From an uncultured Candidatus Saccharibacteria bacterium (GTDB taxonomy: Bacteria > Patescibacteriota > Saccharimonadia > Saccharimonadales > JAGQNJ01): DNA of 64,000 nucleotides. The position numbers and the translations under genes are program-made. Below the pieces are notes generated by a model. That model saw only the letters and a list, made by a program, of their open reading frames with translations. It ran no database searches and had not been told where the DNA came from. Each line of letters opens with the position of its first letter. The stretch's first letter is position 1. Below, piece after piece: positions 30,370 through 40,500 of the stretch. Location of the stretch: the NCBI GenBank assembly GCA_964590205.1, contig CAZPVO010000003.1, forward strand, positions 67,643 through 131,642. The letters run 5' to 3'.

Positions 30370-31131
30370 TTATCCTTCTCCCACCCGTTTACTTACTTCT
30401 TTAGCTAGTTGCTTATAAGCACGTGCGCCTTTTGACCACTTGTCATGCTCGGCAATACTTTTGCCAAAACTGGGCGCTTCCGCCAAACGAATATTACGAG
30501 GTACTACTGTTTCAAACAGCTTATTGTCGAAGTGTTTCTTCAGTTCGTTATAAACATTATCAGACAACGTTGTGCGACTATCGAACATCGTGACCACAAC
30601 ACCCAGTAACTCTAGCCCAGGATTCAAACCACCTCTGACACGTTGCACTACATCAAGTAGTTGGCTAAGTCCTTCGAGTGCATAATATTCAGCCTGAACA
30701 GGAATCAGCACCCAGTTCGCCGCTGTTAAAGCATTAATACTCAGGAGCCCAAGAGATGGCGGACAATCAATGAGCACTATGTCATAAGAAAGCCCAGTTA
30801 ATACCTGTTTGAGTTTACTCTCACGGTGTTGAGCTGATACCAGTTCAACTTCGGCAGCCGCAAGTGTGGCGTTGGCTGGAATGATATGAAGATTTTCATC
30901 AATTTCTAACACCGCTTTGGGCCTCTCAACACCGTTAACTAATAAATCATACGTTGTAACTTCTTGCTGGGCTTTCGGAATGCCGAACCCGCTTGTGGCA
31001 TTACCTTGGGGATCAAGATCAACAACCAACACATTTTTGCCCTGCCTTTGTAGATAAGCCGCCAAATTAATAGCACTGGTAGTTTTCCCTACCCCACCTT
31101 TTTGATTTAGTATGGCAATTGTTTGTGTCAC
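30370..31131 (-). CDS. parA: chromosome partitioning ATPase ParA/Soj
   Basis: Deviant Walker A KGGVGKTT. Confidence 0.9.
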   Translation of the reverse strand: MTQTIAILNQKGGVGKTTSAINLAAYLQRQGKNVLVVDLDPQGNATSGFGIPKAQQEVTTYDLLVNGVERPKAVLEIDENLHIIPANATLAAAEVELVSAQHRESKLKQVLTGLSYDIVLIDCPPSLGLLSINALTAANWVLIPVQAEYYALEGLSQLLDVVQRVRGGLNPGLELLGVVVTMFDSRTTLSDNVYNELKKHFDNKLFETVVPRNIRLAEAPSFGKSIAEHDKWSKGARAYKQLAKEVSKRVGEG

Positions 31132-31176
31132 GCTTCCCTCTTCGCTTTTCTAAACATAAGCTTAGCACTTCCCTAC

Positions 31177-31194
31177 TTTCACGGCAACGTGAAA
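31177..31194. promoter_or_regulatory. split parS-like inverted repeat TTTCACG-gcaa-CGTGAAA in the parA promoter region
   Basis: Perfect 7-bp inverted repeat whose half-sites match the parS half-site (tGTTTCAC) but are separated by 4 extra bp. It lies 37-54 bp upstream of the parA start and downstream of a TATAAT-like -10. The 11-bp direct repeat ACTAGCATTAT occurs at 31208 and 31233. Confidence 0.45.
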
Positions 31195-31428
31195 TATACA
31201 TGTTCAACTAGCATTATATGGCTCCTAATCGTACTAGCATTATCCGGCTACCAAGTTTTCCCCTCTTGTATCCTTACTGCCCACATGTGAAGATTACTTT
31301 TTTGATTATTTTACGACACGAATAAAGTCCCTGTATTGGCCCATAGGTATGTCTGGATTTCTCGACTGAATAGATATAGTTGTTGTGAGAATAAGGCGAC
31401 CTTGGGTGCGAGGACTGATCGACGAGTA

Positions 31429-31452
31429 AAAGTTGCCAGTGGCAAGTTTTAC
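31429..31452 (-). terminator. weak hairpin (TTGCCAgTGGCAA flanked by A/T runs) downstream of the giant gene
   Basis: Palindrome at 31434..31446 about 100 nt past the giant-gene stop. The stem is short, so this is tentative. Confidence 0.25.
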
Positions 31453-31552
31453 AAGGAGTTCCGCAGCAAGCCTTATTACAACAGCAACTACCTCTAGGAA
31501 TGAGAGTATCCAGGAGCTTTGGTTACTTTGGCGGCCCAGAGTAACCTCTGTT

Positions 31553-34500
31553 CTATTGTTGAACTTGGTAGTTCATGATCACATCTGTTGAGGCTGGTGT
31601 TTCAAAGTAGATCGTGAAGTCTTTATCAGTGCTATCGACACGGTAGCGAGGCGCAAACGTATCCTTAGGCGTTAGTATGACAACTGGTTCACTACCCAGG
31701 TCGTATGGTTTCACGAAGGTAAACTTGAGCTGCGTCTGACCAGCTGGGATTGTCAGCGTTCCCCTAGTATCGGTATTGCCAAGCAAATGTCCCTGGATGG
31801 TAATGTTGCCGGCGAAGGTGGCGTTACCAGTAACTGTTAGTTGAGCTATTGTGGCCGCTCCAGTCACAGTCAGGTTGTGTACTGTCGCAGTACCTGAGAC
31901 ATTAAGGCTCGCGAAGTTGGTGTTGCCTTGGTTATTCTCAAGCGCACTCACACGTTGGCTCAAATCACTTATCTGTCCAGTAAGGTTACTAACACTGTTA
32001 TTTGAAGTTGTTTGCCCCTGCTGTAAGCCAGTTATTTGCAGGTCTTGCGTCTGAGCGGCACCAACCAGATAAGGGATGATTGCCTGGTAGTTGGCGACAT
32101 AGTAGCCGTTACTGTCTTGGGAAACAGCTTGAGGGAGTATTTGCATAAGCTCTTGGGCGATGAAGCCTTCTTGGTTCTTCTGTGTTGGATCATCATTCCA
32201 GGTAAAGTTCACACCTCGAAGCTGCTTAATAACATCGAGGCCATTGGCGATAGTTACTACATTACCCTTGAGCCGAGCGTCAGATGAACAGGCGAACTGA
32301 GTACCGGCGCCTGGGCTAATAGTACAAGTCTCGGCACCGGCGTTATTAAATTGCGCTACAGCACTACCACTGGTAGCTGCATTGGTAAAGGCAAAGACAT
32401 TTGAAGCATTAACACCCAAGGTAACATTGCCGTTATTAGCAGCATTTCGCCAGGCGATGTTGTTATTATTTTGAAGTCGCACTGCGCCTGCATCAGCACG
32501 ACTACTCCCTACCCCTAAGTATACCCCTGCGACCCACGCCCCGCCAGTTGAGGAAATGCCGCTAGCATTTGTCGTAATATTTCCGGCACTACTGATAGAA
32601 AAGTCAGTACCGACCGCAAAGGCATCATCGGTTTTAAGAGTATCAGCTGCACTGCGATATAGGTTGGTATCTCGTGATGAACCAAATGCCAGACCAGCAG
32701 CGGCACTTGTATTATCTGCGTCACTACCAACCCAAAGAGTTTGAGTCCGAGCCGTGCCAATTGCAATACCATAGTTTGTTCCGCTACCACTGTTAGACGC
32801 TCCAACCTTTATTCCATAATTAGTCGCGCCTGAGGTTAGGCCATCAATGTTAATGCCGTAGTTGTTGGTAACCACGGGTGCGCCATCAATAGTAGGGGCG
32901 TCGAGCTGAATACCATATATGTTAGACACTGTCAGACCCGAGCATAAGCCACTACATCCACCACTACCGCTGAGAGAAACTGTATTATGGAAGCCATACA
33001 TATTGGTTGTGGTGCTACCACTTATACCGAGGTTAGATACATTATTGCTAAATCCTGTATATGAAGCCATCGTGCCACTGCCCCCAATACTGCCTCCGAC
33101 ACCATAGCCATAGGCGTTGTCGGCAGTGGTAAGTGACATTGCAGCATAATAATTATAAGCGTTGCTTGTGCCCGCACCAGCATTGTCAGCTGAAACGTTC
33201 GAATAGACACCATACGTATTTGCGGTGCCACCAGTAGCACCTGTACGCGTAACATTTATCACTTGACCAAACGTTGTATCTGTACCGCTTGTCGTTACAC
33301 CAGTATTGTTTACAGTAGTCACTTGTCCTTGCAGCGATCCGGCAGTAGCACTTGCACTACTCTGAGTCACGTTCAACGGTGCTAAGCCAGACTTATTACC
33401 ATCACCTCCAAAAGATGAACTACCTTGCGCTGATAGACCTTGTCCAAACGATGCAGCACCCTGCACACTCAGATCACCGGCATCAGTAATGGTACCTTCG
33501 GTATAAAGTTGAGAGGCAGCAATACCACCGGCCGATAGCTGTTGGATATATGCTCCCCCCATATCGTAGATGCGCAAGTTACCATTTGCGTTCATATACG
33601 CATAGCGTCCAGCAACTTGTATGGTCTGAATAGCATTGCCGACGTTTGCGTTTGAAAGCACCGAAAAGGCATTGCTCGGTACGGTAACATCATAAACCGA
33701 GAAGCTTGTAGCAGCCGTGTTGCCGCCAAGATAGGCATAGTTACCTTGGACCCATATGGCCTGGTTTGTTGCACTACCGGTTGTGACGCTCTTAGTTAAG
33801 GTTGGCGCTGTCGGGTCACTAACATTTATAATTTCGAATTTACCACTGCTCTCACCAAGGTACGCATAGCTTCCTTTTACGAATATTGCATTCACGGCTG
33901 CGCCGATACCAGTGCCGGTTGTGCCATTGGTACCTGAAGAATTGATGAACCCGGTCGTAGTAACAGAGTAAGGATTAGAGATATCTGCGATGTATAGGTT
34001 AGTAGTTGTAGAGGTGTAATATATATATTTACCTTGGCCAAATATTTCACCATTACCGGATGCTACAGGTGTCCAGGTGCTCGTAACAGATGGAGATATT
34101 GGATTCGAAACATCCATTATTCTTACAACGCCACTACCCGTACTTATATAGGCATAGTGCCCTTGAACCCATATGCCGTTTGATGTTGCACCCCCATGAG
34201 CCGTTGTCGATACAATACTTGGCGACTTCGGATTACTAATATCAATGATCTGTAGGCTTGTAGAGGTGGCTACATAGGCATACTTACCTACCACTTGAAT
34301 CGATGTGGCAGTCCCAGTTAGCGCAGTAGAACCCAAATTAACCGGATTAGCTGGGTCAGAAATATCTTGTGGGACCAAAAAGGCACTCGTTATCGAATAG
34401 GCATAATTACCTTGAACCCATGTATCAATAGTACTCGCGAATGCAACCGAACCAATTTGCTGCGGGGCTGCCGCAAAGCTATTCTTAAATGTTGCGCCAG

Positions 34501-37500
34501 TACTGACATGCAGATCACCATCAATATTCACATTTCTATCGAAGTTTGCGCTACCTTGCACATCAAGTGACCCAACAATATGCGTGTTGCCGGCGGTAAG
34601 ACTGCCTCCAATACTGCCGGAAGGATCAGAACCCGAAGCATCCGACAAAGCTTGATTGCTCAGGCCAACCAGATCAAGCGAACCACCAACCAGTACACGG
34701 GCTGTGCTCGCGTAATAAATATTACTATATACAGTGCCCGATGATGCGTTAGCAGACGCACCGCCAAGACTATAGATATAGCCGTTGTCGGCTACACTTG
34801 CCTGACCAAGCAATGACTGAGGTAATGTATAGCTGGACGTCTGGAAAGTTCCCAGGGTTCCATCACCGTTAAGTTTGGCGTAGTAGATAGTGTTATTTGT
34901 GTTAGTTGAACCAGTGGTACTACCGCCAATAACATATACATACCCATTAACAAAGGCGCCCGAATGGTACTGACGGTTAGCAGGAAGTGTTGGTGTGCTT
35001 AGGGTTTGGACGTTACTGTTAGCACCAGTTAATGGATCAAGTGTCGTAGTAATAATGGTATTGTTTGCCCCACCACCAATAATGTAGGCCGTGTTATTGG
35101 CTACAACTACTGTGGCATTAGCGCGTCCGCCAACTGTCGTACCAGTATTCCACGCCGTAGCACTTGAACCATTGCCACCAAGACTACCGTCAGAGTTAAC
35201 CTTTGCGTAAAATAGGGCACCGGCACCTCCCGATGCAGAATAAATATAGCCATTAGCCGTAAAGACAACATGGCCAGACTTGGCAGTCAAACCACTAGTG
35301 TTGCCGCTTTGCCAGGCACCTGTCGAACCATCAGAGTTAATTTTTGCATAATAAACAGTCGTTTGGTTCGATCCGTTATTTGCAGCATGACCACTGACGA
35401 CATACATAAAACCGTTAACCACAACTGGATTGCCGAACTCTCCTCGCGCTGCTGGCAGTGACTGGGAAGCAGTTGTCCATGAGCCAGTTGAGCCATCAGC
35501 ATTAATTTTTGCATAGTACACAGCGGTTGTTGCGGCTGAGCCATTAGCAGTTGCAGTGAATCCGCCTACTGAATAGACATAGCCATTGTAGACAACTGAG
35601 CCATTACCATAAACGCTGGCTGGCAAGCTGTTGTTGTTCTTTTCCCATGGGCCAGTTTCACCGGTATTCTGGTTATTGAGTGTAATATGGTTCTGGAAAG
35701 CACCTACTTGTAGGTTTTGAGCGGGAGCTGTGTACGTAAGCCCTGTCGCTCCTGAGACAATCGTTACCCCATCAACAAAAATGTTTCGAGCAGTAGCGTC
35801 GCTTTGCTTAATATATGCACCTGCTACCGTCGTACCATTAGCGCCAGCAACAAGAGTAGAACATGTGAACAGCGTCCAGGTTGTGTTAAGGGTTTGGCCG
35901 GTAAGACAGTTAATGTCAGATCCATTGCTAGTGAGGCCTATCTGTGCCGTTGTCATGCTGCCGCTGTCGACACGAGCATAGAAGCTTACGCTGTAGGTGC
36001 CACCGGCTGGAAAGGCCAGGTTAAAGGTGGCTCCATCGTTGGCTGCTGCGGTGGTGGCAATCTTAAGAGATCGACTCCCGAAGTTGGATAAGCTGTCGTC
36101 ATCGGTAATGGTAGCGCTACCCTTGGCGGTAACAAGTGAAGTATTTTGTTCAAAGTTCGGGTTTCCAAACAGGTTCAGGCCACTCGTCAGCGTATTTATC
36201 TTCAAGATGTCTGCTCCAGAAGCATTATCTACCCTGAAAGCTGAAGTTGAATTTGCAGCGTTTTGGAACAAGGCCGAACCGTTATTGCCGCTGATGGTCA
36301 CTACCGTACTCTGGGCGTTCTGCGTACTACCAGTAGAGCCAGCCGCTGCAATCTTAATATTCACATCGCCACCATTACCGGTACCCGTGCCAACCCCGCC
36401 ATTTAGATTCAGTGCACCGCCAGTTGTATTAGAAAGACCACTGGCTGCATTGCCTCCTTGTACGCTAAGCGCTGCAGCTGTAACGCCTGCACTCGAACTG
36501 CCAGTTGCATTTAGCGTAAAGGCAGCTGGTGTTGCTGATGTAACACCGTTACCAAAGTAACCCGATGTTGCAGTACTGGAAGCAGCTTGTCCTAGCTGGA
36601 CAACTAACTGGTTAGCAGCTGTCGAGGCTGCTGATGCACCGAGTACTACGGTGTCGCTAAAGGCAGACGAAGCACTACCCCCCAAAATAACGTTTCTATT
36701 TACCGTACCACTGGCTGCCGCACTGGACCCGAGGATGACGCAGGTTGCACAGTTGCCACCACTAGCACTTGTGCCAATAATGACGTTACCCGCCGAAGAA
36801 CTGCCGGTTGCGCTAGTACCAATTACGACTGCGTTGCCACTTGGTGAAGTGGCACTATTTCCAATTACTACAGTGTTGTTACCGGCTGCTGTGGCGCCTG
36901 AACCAAAGCGTTCACTGCTACTACCTGCACCAGGACAGCTTAGGCTTCCATTAGTTCCACTAATCGTACAAGCTGTTGCCAAACTGTTTACCGAGGTGCC
37001 TGATGTACCTGCCGCAGAGTATTGAAAGATAATGTTACCACCCGCAACATTACCTGTACTCTGGCCACCGGCCAATATTAAGTCACCTCCTGCTGTGTTG
37101 CTTGTACCAGTTGTTGAGCTACCGGCTTGCAACTGAATAGCAGTACCTGCTCTACCGGCAGTGTTACTACCTTCGCCTGTAAGCGTAAACGAAGATGGAT
37201 TAAGTGCACCAGCTGTTGCCAGACCAAAGTACGCAGTATTACTGGTATCAAAAACCAGCCGGGTTATATTATTTGTTTTAATTGCCAGCGTATTGTTATC
37301 GAGCGTACCGAGTACTCCCGGCGTACTTGCCCCAAGCGTATTGCCACCTTGCGCCCAGTAAGTACCACTTGCCTGGTAGCCTGAGCAGACCGAACCAGTC
37401 GTACAAATTGTGCCGCTTTCATCTGGTAGCGTAAATGTTCTGCTTGCCGTAAAAGTATTGGCACCGAGTATCGATCCAATAAAGCCATTGCCAGCTGTAC

Positions 37501-40500
37501 TATCGTGAAAAGCCAAAATCCCTTTAATTGGTGTCGTATCGTTGCCAAGTGCTACACCAGGTACTATCCCGCTCGTAACAATAGTGAGAAGAGAAGCTCC
37601 ATCAGACCGTTTAACAGCAAACGCTGAAGCAGAGTCGACACTGTTTTGGAAAGTGGTCGCACCGCCAACTGCAATGGTTGCTTGGGTTACATTGTTAGTT
37701 TCAAACTTGAAGTTGTTGCTGTCGTTAGTACCAAGAATTACATCTGAACCGAAGCTATTACCGTTATTAAGAATGTCGCCTGTCCCACCAATTCCGGCAC
37801 AGTTACCACTGGTCAAACAAACCGTACCCGAAGCATTTGGCAAAGAAATAGCATACGTGCTTGAGCCTGGGTTAGATGCCGATAGACTAATCGAACCTGA
37901 GCCGCCTGAGTTATAGAATGTTAAGCTGCCGGTTGCACCTGAGGCTCGTCCAAAATAGAAGTTTCCACTTGCCGTAACACCAGAGACTGCATTGCCGCTA
38001 CTGTCTTGGAATTGCAACAAATCAGCCGTCTGGCTTGATTTAGCTTTTATAAGACCAGTGATGCTGCCAGTGGCAGAGCTTTGAACTGCAAAGTTTGCAT
38101 TGCTCTGAACAGTTGTCGAGTTATTAATGTAATTACCAGAGCCGCTCGACGATGCAAAACCACAATTGGTTGAGTTTTGTATACAAATTGTGCCGCTTTC
38201 GTCAGGCAGATTAATTGTTCGTGCACCGGTTGCAGCTACCACGCTTAGCGTTGTCGTATTAGAGTTTGAGCTATTATTGAAAACAAGCGTACCAGAGCTA
38301 GAAGATGCTTGGCCAAGTAAAACTGAGCCATTAGAGGTATTGGCAGTCAGAATGTTATCACCGAGCGACGTGAGGATCCTGAAGCCGGCCGATGAGTTAG
38401 TGCTATTCTGGAAGGTTGTAGCTCCCCCATTTGCGATGGTGACTTGTGTATTATTCCCTGTAATAAATTGTAGACTGTTTGCATCTGTTGTTCCGAGCTT
38501 GGCAGTTGCACTAAACGCATTTCCATTTTGAGTAAAGTAATTGCCGCTTGCTTGGTAGCCACTACAAACTGAACCAGTTGTACAAACAGTTCCATTTTCG
38601 GCAGGTAGTGTAATCGTATATGCAGTCGGCCCTGGATTTGCAGCATTGAGGGTTATTGAGCCAGCACCCGCGGCATTGTATAACAACAAACTACCCGATG
38701 TAGAACTTGCAGTACCTAATACTGCAGTGCCCGTTGGCACTGTCAACGTACTACCAACTATAAAGTTGCCATCTGTTTTTAGCGTGGCTGCTGCTGAACG
38801 ATATAAGTTTGTATCACGAGAAAGTCCGAATCCTATGCCAGCCGCAGCCGTCGTATTATCAGCATCACTCGAGAGCCAAAGGGTCTGAGTATCAGCAGTA
38901 CCGACTGCTATACCGTAGTCGACCGTTCCAGCCGTTTGCGGCTGTACATTAATACCAAAGTTAGTGCCAATGGTGCCGCCGCCACTATTAACTGCAGATA
39001 ATACGAGTTGACCAGCGGCATTGGTGATCGTACCTGATGAGGTATTACTAACAAGTGTGCCAAGACCTATTGCGCTTGTTACAGTACCACTAGCATTGTT
39101 ATCACTCAGAGCAAGCATTCCAAATTCAGAAGTAACAGAGCCAGCGCCGTTATTTCTTGCCCAACCTGACGTACCAATAACTGTACTGACCGCCCCCGTC
39201 GTGCTCACATTAGTTGTTCCAGCAGTTGAGGTATATACCCCTGAGTAGTTGATTCCTGATCCGGTCAAACCTAAACTACCATCCAAAGCTGTCGAAAAAA
39301 CCGTCGAATCAGAAGGAGGGCTTAGCGTAATCCAATCTTGGATACCTGTTACCGCACCACTAGTATTTGAATAGCTTTCCTTGGTTTGCACCAACACATT
39401 AGGACTAATAGAGGCATTGCCACCGACTGCAAGCTGACTGCCAACCGTAAGGTCATTATTAACATTTACATCACCCGATGAAGTCACAGTCAGTCTTGTG
39501 ATGTTATGAGTCTCGAAATTTAAATCATAGTTATCGTTTGTACCGATAGTAATAGCTGAGCCAAAAGCGTTACCACCATTGTTGATGTCACCGCTACCGC
39601 CACTACCATTACAGTTATTGGCGGTTGTGCAAATATCATACGTACCAGAACCTGCTGCCGTCGCAAATTTGTATGTTGTTGTTCCACCTGCCCCATCAGC
39701 TAACTTAAAGTAAATGTTTCCGTCTGTTCCAGTGAGACCACCTATTCCACTGCCCGCCGTACCAGCCTGGAACGTAATATTGCCCCCAGCACCATTGGTT
39801 GAGCCATTTGGTGCGTCACCGCCATTCCCGGCCTGCAAGCTGATAGACGAACCCGCACCACCGATTTGCCCGGTTCCTCCAACTGTATTGCCACCTTTAG
39901 CCCCCAGTACATTAAGAACTGGATCGGCATCTGTCCCGTCAGATCCCGAGTCATTTGGTGATGAACTATTAACTGTAAGCGTTGCTGAAGGAGTCCCCGC
40001 ACCAATAATTACCCTTTTATCAGTTGTATCGACAGTCAGAACATTAGACCCAGCAGTATTTTTAACCTGAAAGGCTGTACTACTATTGGTTGTTGGCGCC
40101 AATGTGAAGCGGTCAGTTATGATATCTCGAACATACTCGGTGCCGTAATAGGCTGTTGGCGAACCGATATTAGAACCAGTTACGGTGTCAGAAGCCGAAC
40201 CAAGGTTAGCAAAGCGTAGTCTTTGGTTGGATGCATCGTAGTAAGCCAACTGGGCGTAACCATCAGGGCCTATTGCAGCAGAAACATACTGACCAACATT
40301 CGCCGAACTGTCGACTGTTGAAATAGTTGGGTTGGCACAGGTTTTGTCATCACAAGAAGCAAATTTTAGAGTGTTAGGAGTAGTATCATAATATGCGATT
40401 TGTGGCACACCTTTGGCATTCAGCACAATACTTGTGGCTTGAGCATCGGAAGTGTTATCAACCGTTTGGGTCGTCTTGGATGAGCAAGCCGCATTAAGAC

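Noticed and set aside
29497-31552. Search for a canonical 16-bp parS (TGTTTCACGTGAAACA) in or near parAB, or anywhere in the window.
   Set aside because: None was found by eye. Only the split variant at 31177..31194 was seen, so no canonical parS feature is reported.
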